43,096 nt of DNA from a virus, in the IMG/VR virus record IMGVR_UViG_3300045988_016231, positions 1 to 43,096 of that record; one strand, given 5' to 3'. The notes under the pieces were generated by a model. The model was not told the DNA's origin. It saw only the letters and a list, made by a program, of their open reading frames with translations, and did no database searches. A program made the position numbers and the translations under genes. Below, piece by piece: positions 16,385-24,239 of this stretch (the stretch's first letter is position 1; every line of letters begins with the position of its first letter).

Positions 16385-16673
16385 GGCCGTCCTCCTTTCT
16401 CTGGCCGTAGGAGCAGAAATCATTTTCGTTTACGTTCCGCCTGTTGCATGGCCCAAAATGGCAGGAAAGGGTTCCGGGCTCTCCGTATCTCTGAGTGAAC
16501 CCAGACGGCAAAGAGCTGTACTTGCACTCCCGGCACCTTACCACAGGAACGGCATCAATAGCGGGAGATTTATCAATCACAGCGATAAAATCCCGTCTTG
16601 TTTGTGTCCTATATTCTGGTTTCCAAAATTCTTCTACAATAAGTTCTGCGTCAACCAACCTCATTCTTATCAC
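16356..16673 (-). CDS. Hypothetical Cys-rich protein (IDAVPVVRC family, copy 1)
   Basis: 105 aa ...KSPAIDAVPVVRCRECKYSS...FCSYGQRKE. Confidence 0.5.
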   Translation of the reverse strand: MIRMRLVDAELIVEEFWKPEYRTQTRRDFIAVIDKSPAIDAVPVVRCRECKYSSLPSGFTQRYGEPGTLSCHFGPCNRRNVNENDFCSYGQRKEDGHDKYPSDPV

Positions 16674-16893
16674 CTTTTAATTTGAAAATATTATCTGCTC
16701 CGCAAAGAAATTCATCACCGATTCGATAAGAGTAACAACAGTCCACGCATTTAACTCGGACGTTCTTTTTTGTAAAACCAATGATTTCAGCCTCGTACTG
16801 CACAAGCCTAGTAGTGCTACTGCCAGTTCTCATCGTGCTATAACAAACACATCTATCACCAATGTTTAACACATTTCCAAGTCTGTCTGTCAT
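16651..16893 (-). CDS. Hypothetical protein
   Basis: 80 aa MTDRLGNVLNIGDRCVCYSTMRTG... TAATG overlap with the upstream gene. Confidence 0.4.
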   Translation of the reverse strand: MTDRLGNVLNIGDRCVCYSTMRTGSSTTRLVQYEAEIIGFTKKNVRVKCVDCCYSYRIGDEFLCGADNIFKLKGDKNEVG

Positions 16894-17234
16894 TATTTGT
16901 CGTCCTCCTTGTCCATCAAAGAACCACAGTTTGGGCAGTAGCTTGATTTGCAAATACCCCGGTTGTCAATCATCAAGCCCCATTCACCACATCTGGAACA
17001 GGCCCAGCCATTCGGATACTTGAAAAACCACCGCCCATGCCGCACCTCCGCAACGTCGGCCTTCTTGAGTTCCCGGAGGCGGTCAAGATCGTACTCGTCG
17101 CCCAGGATGTCCTCGATGGCGGCGAGGCGGTCAATCACTTTCGGTATCTTGAGCACCTTCTGTTTCGGCGTTGCATTTTCGTTGTTGGCAATAGCCGCCC
17201 TTCCATCTGCTCTATATGTTGTCAGCCGCTTCAT
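16893..17234 (-). CDS. Hypothetical protein with a C-terminal zinc ribbon
   Basis: 113 aa ...VRHGRWFFKYPNGWACSRCGEW...YCPNCGSLM. Confidence 0.5.
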   Translation of the reverse strand: MKRLTTYRADGRAAIANNENATPKQKVLKIPKVIDRLAAIEDILGDEYDLDRLRELKKADVAEVRHGRWFFKYPNGWACSRCGEWGLMIDNRGICKSSYCPNCGSLMDKEDDK

Positions 17235-17281
17235 GGTCAGTCCTCCCCTTCAAATATTTCAAAAACCATAACGGCATATGC

Positions 17282-17869
17282 TCACCCCTCCTTTGGGCCA
17301 CGCAGCTTCAAATCTGCATCCATAAGCCCTTTAAATACGATGAATGCAACCTCTTCCATGGTTTTGTGTGACATGGATGAATCATATTCCAGCTCATAGA
17401 TCACACTCATCCGATTCGGCCTGTCTGTCCGCTTGAGCTGCATCATGGCAGCACACAGCTTTTTATTATCAGCCTCTGCCGACTCTGCTCTTGCACTGAG
17501 CTCTCCAACACTTTGCTCCATCATCATGCGGTCGTGGACTGCCTCGTCCCTCTCCCGCTTCACCTGCTCCAGCTCGGCCAAAACCTCTTGTGCAGACCTC
17601 TGGTGAGGGCACGGGCCAAACACACAGACATTGGCCGGGTCCTCCTCTCCGCATCTGCATAGCCCTCCCTGCTTGTAGTAGACACATACGGCCATCTGCT
17701 CCAGCTCGACCCGCTCGGCCCGCAGCTTCTCGTTTTCGGCCTGGAGCGTGGAGAGGGCGTCGGCGGCGTCATCCAACAGGCCAAATACGCCGCATTCAAA
17801 CGGGGTACAATCATAATCCCTTTCAAAATCTTTTGCTTTCAGGCGCTCAATCAGCTTTTCGTAGTCCAT
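17282..17869 (-). CDS. Hypothetical coiled-coil protein
   Basis: 195-aa ORF. Heptad-like LQAENEKLRAERVELEQ. Contiguous with its neighbours. Confidence 0.45.
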   Translation of the reverse strand: MDYEKLIERLKAKDFERDYDCTPFECGVFGLLDDAADALSTLQAENEKLRAERVELEQMAVCVYYKQGGLCRCGEEDPANVCVFGPCPHQRSAQEVLAELEQVKRERDEAVHDRMMMEQSVGELSARAESAEADNKKLCAAMMQLKRTDRPNRMSVIYELEYDSSMSHKTMEEVAFIVFKGLMDADLKLRGPKEG

Positions 17870-18252
17870 CAGGTGTCCTCCTCTCCCTCCGGCGGGCGGC
17901 GGTAGACCTTGTAGTTTCCAGTTGGATTATTCAGAGTTTCGCCCATGATGTATTCCTCCAGGTCAAGACCCGCCCCCTCAAGGGAACTGGTGTTGTATAG
18001 TTTCCCCAGGACCACCAGAGCCGTCTCTCCGCTCCCGTCTGGGCACTCCAACCAAACTTCGTTGAGATACATCTTGTTAAGGTCCGCTTGCGTCAGCGGC
18101 TCGTTCGGCGGGGTGAGGGTGGGAATATGCCGGATGTCGTATAGCACTTGTTCCAGCAAATTGAGTGCAACTTTATCTTGACGGATAATATCTGTGTCAA
18201 GTAGCTTTTCAATCCTGTACAGTTCGTTACCGTCAATCGGTCGTACTGCCAT
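17869..18252 (-). CDS. Hypothetical protein
   Basis: 127-aa ORF. Start and stop abut the neighbouring genes. Confidence 0.45.
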   Translation of the reverse strand: MAVRPIDGNELYRIEKLLDTDIIRQDKVALNLLEQVLYDIRHIPTLTPPNEPLTQADLNKMYLNEVWLECPDGSGETALVVLGKLYNTSSLEGAGLDLEEYIMGETLNNPTGNYKVYRRPPEGEEDT

Positions 18253-18904
18253 CTTTCAGCGCCTCCAGCATCTCCATCTCACATATATCAACAATGTGGT
18301 CGCAAAGTGCTTCTGGTATCACTGCACGCTCCCGGCCCCCTTTTAGACCCTGTGTCCCAGTTTTTGCACCTCGTGGTGCACTTATATGGCAAGGGTCTCC
18401 ATTGTGGCATGGAGGCTTAAATTGGGGGTCTGGATGGTTGCTCCAGATATCGGTAGGTTTCATTCGAGTATCTCCATATTGGCAGTAAGTGACAGTGTAT
18501 CTCGGCAGACCCTGCATCCACTCCATCTTTCGCATCCCGCCCCTTGGGTTTTCTATAAACCAAAGACGAGGCGAGAGTGTCATGATAAGCCCATGAACGT
18601 GAAGGTTTACTCGATCGCAGAACTTTGCGTAATCGCTGACCGCAGCAAGGTTTCCGTTTTCTTCTTTCCTTCGGTGATGGGAGATCGCTGCGATACTGTA
18701 TGTACTGCAATCTGGACTCGCCCATATCACATCTGGTCGCCCAAAGTCTCGCAGGATCTGGTCTGCCGTCACAGTCAGTACATCTGCATAAAGGCTGATA
18801 TCCGGGAATGACTTGTCCCACTCTATGCTATACGTCTGATGGCCTCTCTTTTCAAACGCCTTACTTACAGAGCGTGTTCCTGCAAATAATTCAAGTAGCT
18901 TCAT
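18233..18904 (-). CDS. DNA C5-cytosine methyltransferase-like protein (small type)
   Basis: 223 aa. Motif I-like LELFAGTRS, a PC-type motif ASPDCSTYS, and FIENP. Confidence 0.6.
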   Translation of the reverse strand: MKLLELFAGTRSVSKAFEKRGHQTYSIEWDKSFPDISLYADVLTVTADQILRDFGRPDVIWASPDCSTYSIAAISHHRRKEENGNLAAVSDYAKFCDRVNLHVHGLIMTLSPRLWFIENPRGGMRKMEWMQGLPRYTVTYCQYGDTRMKPTDIWSNHPDPQFKPPCHNGDPCHISAPRGAKTGTQGLKGGRERAVIPEALCDHIVDICEMEMLEALKDGSTTD

Positions 18905-19187
18905 CCAGCATCTCCATCTCCTCCGCGCTCAAAATCGGCGCGCGGGTGTTCCAGGCGAGGCGGGTTTTGTAATAGTCATAGCTTCCAATGGAAAAGACAA
19001 TCCCGCACTCGCACTCAATACTTACAGGGTCACCTCCACTATCAGGGTCATAGAAGGTCGGCTTCCAGTTCTCTGGGCCGTGTTCCTTTGGTGTTCTACC
19101 GCACATACACGGCACCAGCACCCCCGCCTCCGTCAGCCGTCTGGCCGCCTCTTTTGAGCCGAGCATCGCTAATTTAACGTCATCCAT
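18891..19187 (-). CDS. Lar-family restriction-alleviation-like protein
   Basis: 98 aa. Cys pairs PCMCG...CECG and the LAWNTRAP ending pattern. Confidence 0.55.
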   Translation of the reverse strand: MDDVKLAMLGSKEAARRLTEAGVLVPCMCGRTPKEHGPENWKPTFYDPDSGGDPVSIECECGIVFSIGSYDYYKTRLAWNTRAPILSAEEMEMLDEAT

Positions 19188-20088
19188 GTATAATCCCCCT
19201 CTCTATGTCCGCTATGGCCTGAAACACCGGATAAAACTGCTGGGGAACTACGGCGTTTCCGAGGCATTTAAGTCTGTCCACCCGAGAGGGAATCCCATAA
19301 GCCACTCTACCCACGTTGGGTTCAGCTGGCCACCAGCCACCACGTCCAGGCTCGGCCCTCCGTCTCCGTGCCTCTCTCCGTTCCCTCTGCTGTTCTTCGC
19401 TTTCGGCGTAGGCCACATCTTCACCATCCCGCTCAAATTTGGCTCGCCCCTGCTGTTGTGATAAAACTTCCGGTTCGCCGAATCTGACGCAATCGGAGTT
19501 TTCCAAAGAATAGGTTCTCCGTCCTCTCCCGTTATGTTTTCTTTCCAGCGCTCTACACCCGATAATCGCGCATCTGTCCCTCCTGTGCGGGGCGTCGACG
19601 GAACAAGCCGGAATAATAAACGCTTGGACGGAGTAACCTTCGTTTTCCAGGTCAGCGTACACCTGGTCGAGCGCCATATTGACGATTCCAGCAACATTCT
19701 CGCCAACGACCCAAGCGGGCCGGAGTTCCGATATAACTCTAAGCATTTCAGGCCAGAGGTAACGGTCATCGTCACTGCCTCTTCGCTTCCCGGCAACGGA
19801 GAAGGGCTGGCACGGAAATCCTCCTGAAACAATGCCAGCTGTTCGCAGTCCTGTTTTTTCATAAAAGCTCTCCTTTGTCAGCGTCCTGATGTCCCTCCAG
19901 CGTGGCACATCTGGCCAGTGTTTTTCCAGCACCTTTGTCGGATAGTCCGCCCACTCACATTGTCCAACGGTTTTAAATCCAGCCATTTCCGCCGCAAGAT
20001 CCAAGCCTCCAATGCCGGAAAACAGGGAGAGATGGGTTAGCTTCGCCGCCTCTTTGTCGCCCAACAGGGCGGCCTTCTCATCCGTCAC
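19180..20088 (-). CDS. DNA (cytosine-5)-methyltransferase
   Basis: 302 aa. Motifs LFSGIGG, GGFPCQPFS, ENV, PHRRDR, WWPAEPNVGRVA...RLKCLGNAVVPQ. Confidence 0.85.
   Translation of the reverse strand: MTDEKAALLGDKEAAKLTHLSLFSGIGGLDLAAEMAGFKTVGQCEWADYPTKVLEKHWPDVPRWRDIRTLTKESFYEKTGLRTAGIVSGGFPCQPFSVAGKRRGSDDDRYLWPEMLRVISELRPAWVVGENVAGIVNMALDQVYADLENEGYSVQAFIIPACSVDAPHRRDRCAIIGCRALERKHNGRGRRTYSLENSDCVRFGEPEVLSQQQGRAKFERDGEDVAYAESEEQQRERREARRRRAEPGRGGWWPAEPNVGRVAYGIPSRVDRLKCLGNAVVPQQFYPVFQAIADIERGIIHG
19248..19862 (-). CDS. Embedded out-of-frame ORF (204 codons) within the methyltransferase gene
   Basis: The ATG at 19862 is preceded by AAGGAGAG plus a 5-nt spacer. The translation has WKTPIASD, MWPTPKAKNSRG and QLNPTWVEWLMGFPLGWTDL. 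Confidence 0.4.
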   Translation of the reverse strand: MKKQDCEQLALFQEDFRASPSPLPGSEEAVTMTVTSGLKCLELYRNSGPLGSLARMLLESSIWRSTRCTLTWKTKVTPSKRLLFRLVPSTPRTGGTDARLSGVERWKENITGEDGEPILWKTPIASDSANRKFYHNSRGEPNLSGMVKMWPTPKAKNSRGNGERHGDGGPSLDVVAGGQLNPTWVEWLMGFPLGWTDLNASETP

Positions 20089-20099
20089 GATATCTCCTC

Positions 20100-20474
20100 C
20101 TATGGTTTTTCTCCTGGTTCCTCGATCTCGATCTCTATCCTTGGCTTTCCCTTGTCCACAGCGAAGCTGTCAGAAAAGCCTTCGATATTCTCCCAGCCGT
20201 CATTCCTCAGAACACCCATCTTCACTAAGGCGTCCTGGATAACCTTCCGGCCAAAGCTGGAGATGTTGTCCTTGTCCCGCCTCCGGTTTTTTTCCACCCA
20301 GAGGTATCGCATGAACACAGGCTCCCGCAAAGGCGTTCTGATCTGACGTCTAAGAGCTAAGATTACCGATGTCTGGCAATCCCGTTTCAGTTTTGCCCCC
20401 TTCTGCCGGTGGCCCCGTTCCGCTTCTATGTACTCGTTGAGACCAGGCAGAGAAAACGGGATGATCAGCCGCAT
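20100..20474 (-). CDS. rusA: RusA-family Holliday junction resolvase
   Basis: 124 aa ...RRDKDNISSFGRKVIQDALVKMGVLRNDGW... Confidence 0.7.
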   Translation of the reverse strand: MRLIIPFSLPGLNEYIEAERGHRQKGAKLKRDCQTSVILALRRQIRTPLREPVFMRYLWVEKNRRRDKDNISSFGRKVIQDALVKMGVLRNDGWENIEGFSDSFAVDKGKPRIEIEIEEPGEKP

Positions 20475-21244
20475 GGTCCATCCTCCCGGTTCATGTCTTC
20501 AAGCATTCTACGCATCCGCTCCATGTTCGCCTGTGTCCGCTCCGCAGCCGAAGTCTCCGCCTGCCGGTCCGAATCCGTTACCTTGCGCCGCTTACCATTG
20601 ACCCACTTGTATTCCGGCTCCTCCCCAGTCTTCCGCTTCTCTTCCTCAAGCCGGTCCACGCACCAGGACAGGATGGCCCTGTAATCGCTGGTGTAGGTCT
20701 TACCTGTGCTGCCCTTGTAGTTATCCAGGATCTCGATCAGCCTGGCGGTGTCGGCAGATCCATGAGTGTCAAGCAGCCTCTGGTGCTCGGCATTGGTCAT
20801 GGTCACAAATTCTGCCCATTGGACCTTCGGCTCGATATCGCTCCCGTCCTTCTTCTTGCGCGCCTTACTACCCCCGTCAGGGGATACAGATTCAGATACA
20901 GATACAGACTCAGATACAGATACAGCTTTTTTTGCTTTTTCTTCAAAACCTGAAAAAGCATTTGGTTTTTTTGCTTTCTCTGATAAACCATTTGCTTTCT
21001 TTGGCCTTCCGCCCTTTTTCCCAGCCTCCTGCCTCGCCTGAACCGTTGCGGCCCAGCGGCTTGCACACTCTTCAAAATATGACCGGTTGAAGGAGAAAGC
21101 CATCATTACCACTGGATCATGGACATCAACAGACTCATCCATGTGATACCTGAACCACGCTTTTAAAAGCTGGCCAGCCTGCTCATCTGTGAGAAGGTCG
21201 ATCTGCTCCGCCCACTCTGTCCTTACGACAAAGCTTTCCTTCAA
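20465..21244 (-). CDS. Replisome organizer / DnaD-like replication protein
   Basis: 259 aa. N-terminal LTDEQAGQLLKAWFRY, a basic linker, and C-terminal ...YRAILSWCVDRLEE. Internal DNA repeats are present. Confidence 0.55.
   Translation of the reverse strand: MKESFVVRTEWAEQIDLLTDEQAGQLLKAWFRYHMDESVDVHDPVVMMAFSFNRSYFEECASRWAATVQARQEAGKKGGRPKKANGLSEKAKKPNAFSGFEEKAKKAVSVSESVSVSESVSPDGGSKARKKKDGSDIEPKVQWAEFVTMTNAEHQRLLDTHGSADTARLIEILDNYKGSTGKTYTSDYRAILSWCVDRLEEEKRKTGEEPEYKWVNGKRRKVTDSDRQAETSAAERTQANMERMRRMLEDMNREDGPCG
20883..20925. repeat. Tandem 18-bp repeat (2.4 copies), candidate origin iterons
   Basis: GATACAGATTCAGATACA / GATACAGACTCAGATACA / GATACAG. It is followed by three TTTGCTTTC/T boxes (20931, 20970, 20991) in an A/T-rich stretch. 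Confidence 0.6.
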
Positions 21245-21259
21245 GAGCCTCTCCTCCCA

Positions 21260-21679
21260 TCAAAACGGGAGCTTTCCATCATCGTCTGGTAACTCCTGAA
21301 AGTCATCATTATTTGGATAGCTCATGCCCCCAAAGGTCGTTGGCGCGTCATCTTTTTTCCCAGCGTCGCCAAAATAGACCTGGTCGGCCACCACCTCGGC
21401 GGAGCGGCGCTTATTGCCGTCCTTGTCCGTCCAGTCACGCATCTGGAGCCGACCCTCCACAACAGCCATACGTCCCTTAGTAAAATAGCGGCTGACAAAC
21501 TCCGCCGTGTTCCGCCAGGACACCACATCGATAAAGTCAGTGGTCCGCTCGCCGGTGGCCTTGTCCTTGAAATCCCGGTCTACGGCCAGGGAAAAGGAGG
21601 CCACGGGTGTGCCTGTATGGGTACGCCTGAGTTCTGGATCGCGGGTCAGACGTCCCATGATGAATACTTTATTGAGCAT
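21260..21679 (-). CDS. ssb: Single-stranded DNA-binding protein
   Basis: 139 aa MLNKVFIMGRLTRDPELR... OB-fold pattern. Acidic tail ending DDDGKLPF. Confidence 0.9.
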   Translation of the reverse strand: MLNKVFIMGRLTRDPELRRTHTGTPVASFSLAVDRDFKDKATGERTTDFIDVVSWRNTAEFVSRYFTKGRMAVVEGRLQMRDWTDKDGNKRRSAEVVADQVYFGDAGKKDDAPTTFGGMSYPNNDDFQELPDDDGKLPF

Positions 21680-21893
21680 TGTTATCCTCCAATCTGTACT
21701 CGGCGTAGCTCACCGCCTTGCCGTATCGGTTTTTTGCGCTGACAGTTGTTTTCCTGATTGAATACCCATGCTTGTGCCTGAGGTCATATATCCTCGCTCC
21801 CAGTCGGTAGCAACCCAGATCCAAAAATGCCTGTGCCGGGTTGATAGAACCAAAATCCTTTATGTACTGGAGGACTCGCTCACACTGTCCCAT
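21669..21893 (-). CDS. Winged-helix DNA-binding protein
   Basis: 74 aa ...VLQYIKDFGSINPAQAFLDLGCYRLGARIYDLRHKHGYSI... Confidence 0.5.
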   Translation of the reverse strand: MGQCERVLQYIKDFGSINPAQAFLDLGCYRLGARIYDLRHKHGYSIRKTTVSAKNRYGKAVSYAEYRLEDNNAQ

Positions 21894-22228
21894 TTGTGAT
21901 ACCTCACTTTCTCCTCGGTCCAGTCAGGATAAAAGCCTCTGAGATAGTTGACAATGTATGCCCTGATGTCCGCCTGAGAATGGAATCCCAGAGGCCGCAG
22001 CCGATCCATAAACAGCCCCTCGTCAAAAGCGTAGTGGCAGGGGCCGCACAGGGTAACGATGTTCTCCACCACCCCCATGCCGCCCTGGGAGCGGCGTACC
22101 ACATGACAGTGGGGGCCTCCCGGAGCTCCGCAGAGGATACAGGTTGCGGGGCCGTGGGTGCAGTCCCGCGCGGCCACAGCGGCCTTGACACTGGCTGATA
22201 TGGCTGTTTGCTTGGTCTGTTTATGCAC
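21860..22228 (-). CDS. HNH endonuclease
   Basis: 122 aa. CILCG...HCHVVRRSQGG...NIVTLCGPCH. Confidence 0.8.
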   Translation of the reverse strand: MHKQTKQTAISASVKAAVAARDCTHGPATCILCGAPGGPHCHVVRRSQGGMGVVENIVTLCGPCHYAFDEGLFMDRLRPLGFHSQADIRAYIVNYLRGFYPDWTEEKVRYHKWDSVSESSST

Positions 22229-22751
22229 GGCCCCACTCCTCCTTCATGGCCGCCAGCTTCTCAGGCGGCAATGTCTCAATGCCAAGGTCCTTGCAGTCTT
22301 GCACGATGCTGTCAATGAGCCGGGACATTTGCTTTGTGTTATATTGGCTGGAGCCGTAGTACGCCCGGACTACCTGACGATCCCCGGACCTGGAATAATC
22401 CACGATCTCCGTGGGCCATCCCGTCCCCTGCCTTTCCCACACCGTGCGGAAAGTCTTGACCGCCGCCGCCTCCAGAATGAAGTCCCGGAAAATCCCGATT
22501 TCCCGCACTTTCTGGAGATAGATTTCCTCCTTCGTAGAGCGGATAGCGTCCGCCAGCTTGTCTAAAAGGACCCAGCAGTAGGCATTGGCGTCTAGACTCC
22601 GCTTTTCCCGGTGCTCCTTGATTTCGCAGTCATAGATGCGGTTTTGCTTGTCCAGAATGAAAGTTCTGGCTGGAGCGGGCTCATTGACCTTTAGGCACAG
22701 CCAAACCCCGCTGTCCATCTGGATACGGGCCTCTGTAAACGTGAGGGTCAT
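22221..22751 (-). CDS. NinB/Orf-like recombination mediator
   Basis: 176 aa ...KRSLDANAYCWVLLDKLA... and ...SSQYNTKQMSRLIDSIVQDCKDLGIE. Confidence 0.5.
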   Translation of the reverse strand: MTLTFTEARIQMDSGVWLCLKVNEPAPARTFILDKQNRIYDCEIKEHREKRSLDANAYCWVLLDKLADAIRSTKEEIYLQKVREIGIFRDFILEAAAVKTFRTVWERQGTGWPTEIVDYSRSGDRQVVRAYYGSSQYNTKQMSRLIDSIVQDCKDLGIETLPPEKLAAMKEEWGRA

Positions 22752-23356
22752 TGTCCCGCCGCCTTTTCAGCCGCAAACGCTTTTTTCTGGCATACCGGGC
22801 AGAGCTGCCGCCCAAACCGCCCAGTGGAATAGGCTATGATGTCCGCCACTGGCCAAGGGGTTCCATCTCGCTTCACCCCGTCTACCAGTTGCGTCCGGCA
22901 ATCAGAGCAGTATAGAGGTGTCTCACGCTTTCTGCTATGATCCCTAGTCCGCTCCGTGTACTCGTTTGTATCCGGGTCTTTTGTATCATCAATGCAGAAT
23001 AGGCCGTTTAGGGCGTACTTCCGGGCGTAGGAAGAGGCTGTGCCAGTGACTTGGGCCTCGTCCATCCCCTTCTTTTCTGACGCCTCTCTGGCATAGGCAC
23101 TGTTGGTCATAAAGTCATCCCCATCCATATCCCTCAGGGTGGCGGTGGCACAAACGTAGTAGCGGTCCCCGCAGTTCATCAGCTCGTCTCCCACCGTCAG
23201 TACCAATCGGTGCTTCTGGAGCAGGGGCTTCACCGCCTCCAAAATGTCCTCACAGGAGCGGTATTTGTATCCGCCAAACTTGTTGGTCTGCCCCTTTGGT
23301 GCCTTAAGCTCCGCTTGGAGCTGGCCTACACGTTCTAAAAACTTGTTTTCCATCAA
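22748..23356 (-). CDS. ERF-family single-strand annealing protein
   Basis: 202 aa ...KGQTNKFGGYKYRSCEDILEAVKPLLQKHRLVL...SYARKYALNGLF. Confidence 0.75.
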   Translation of the reverse strand: MMENKFLERVGQLQAELKAPKGQTNKFGGYKYRSCEDILEAVKPLLQKHRLVLTVGDELMNCGDRYYVCATATLRDMDGDDFMTNSAYAREASEKKGMDEAQVTGTASSYARKYALNGLFCIDDTKDPDTNEYTERTRDHSRKRETPLYCSDCRTQLVDGVKRDGTPWPVADIIAYSTGRFGRQLCPVCQKKAFAAEKAAGQ

Positions 23357-23580
23357 ATCGCCTCCTCATATCTCATACCAAGACAGTCAGCCACGATTGC
23401 GGGGCTGACCCGGAGCAGTTCTTTTACCCGATCCTGGAAACAGTTGGCGCACATCCTCCGTCCATCCTCCAGGATAATGGGGTCTGTCTCGTACTGCTCT
23501 GCCCCACATTTGGAGCAGTACCATGCAGGAGATGCATCCTGCGGATCTCTCACAGCGCCCACCCCACCAGCAGAGAGCAC
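23353..23580 (-). CDS. Small zinc-ribbon protein
   Basis: 75 aa. CSKCG...CANC. The start codon is uncertain. Confidence 0.4.
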   Translation of the reverse strand: MLSAGGVGAVRDPQDASPAWYCSKCGAEQYETDPIILEDGRRMCANCFQDRVKELLRVSPAIVADCLGMRYEEAI

Positions 23581-23792
23581 ATAAAGATCATGCTAGACAC
23601 CACCAGGCACCGCCTCACAATGCGGTTCATGCGTGCCTCACGCTCCCGGCGGCACTGATAGCAATATTCTCTAGCGTCGTGGTTTCGCTCCACCAGAGAG
23701 CGTCCGTCCTCAATGTACTTCACTTCTTCCGCCTCTTTTCCATAAATTCCGCCACAGCGAGGGCGGTACAAATCACGATGCATACCATGCAC
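23550..23792 (-). CDS. Hypothetical protein with a C-terminal TM segment
   Basis: 80-aa ORF ending LVVSSMIFMCSLLVGWAL. The start codon is uncertain. Confidence 0.35.
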   Translation of the reverse strand: MHGMHRDLYRPRCGGIYGKEAEEVKYIEDGRSLVERNHDAREYCYQCRREREARMNRIVRRCLVVSSMIFMCSLLVGWAL

Positions 23793-23807
23793 ACCACGGA
23801 TAAAAAC

Positions 23808-24005
23808 TCAAACAATTTTGATTCCTCCCAGTGTCATCAAATAGAACCACTGCTCTTGAGTAAGGCGTACCTCCTGCTCGTCCAGTAGCTTTGCAATAGA
23901 GCCATCGCCGCATCCGATCTCATGGGCAAGGCCCCTTTGCGACAGCCGGTGCCGCTCCATAGCCCGCTGGGTGATACGGCGGACTATCTCATTTGGAGTT
24001 TTCAT
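23808..24005 (-). CDS. Small HTH protein
   Basis: 65 aa ...RHRLSQRGLAHEIGCGDGSIAKLL... Confidence 0.45.
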   Translation of the reverse strand: MKTPNEIVRRITQRAMERHRLSQRGLAHEIGCGDGSIAKLLDEQEVRLTQEQWFYLMTLGGIKIV

Positions 24006-24186
24006 TTCTGTCCTCCCGGTCTAGGATTCTCGCCACGACCTCAGCTAAATTCCGAACCGTTTTAAGCAGCTCCGGCACATCAACTCCATAATGATCCCGT
24101 TCCAGATTGTTCATGTGCATCCTAGAATTCCGGCTCTGCGTCCCAAGGTCCTTAATGCTGTCGTTCTCGTCAAGTGTTTTTTTCAT
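23989..24186 (-). CDS. Hypothetical protein
   Basis: 65-aa ORF with a GGAAAGGAAAA Shine-Dalgarno-like sequence upstream. Confidence 0.4.
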   Translation of the reverse strand: MKKTLDENDSIKDLGTQSRNSRMHMNNLERDHYGVDVPELLKTVRNLAEVVARILDREDRNENSK

Positions 24187-24204
24187 AAAATTTTCCTTTC
24201 CGGC

Positions 24205-24233
24205 TTGACAGAGAACGGATGTTCTAGTATGAT
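24205..24233 (+). promoter_or_regulatory. Near-consensus sigma-A type promoter facing against the early operon
   Basis: TTGACA (24205-24210), 17-nt spacer, TATGAT (24228-24233), inside a 126-nt intergenic gap. Confidence 0.55.
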
Positions 24234-24239
24234 GTATCT

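Noticed and set aside
18891-20088. Shared N-terminal peptide (K[LA]A[ML]LG[SD]KEAA) between the Lar-like protein and the methyltransferase, considered as evidence of gene fusion or duplication
   Set aside because: It covers only ~11 residues, is not supported at the DNA level by eye, and is too short to distinguish from chance.
20883-20925. Tandem repeats here and at 37426-37455 as a CRISPR array or DGR template/variable repeat
   Set aside because: The units are only 6-18 bp, have no spacers, and are in-frame within coding linkers. There are no cas genes or reverse transcriptase anywhere in the window.
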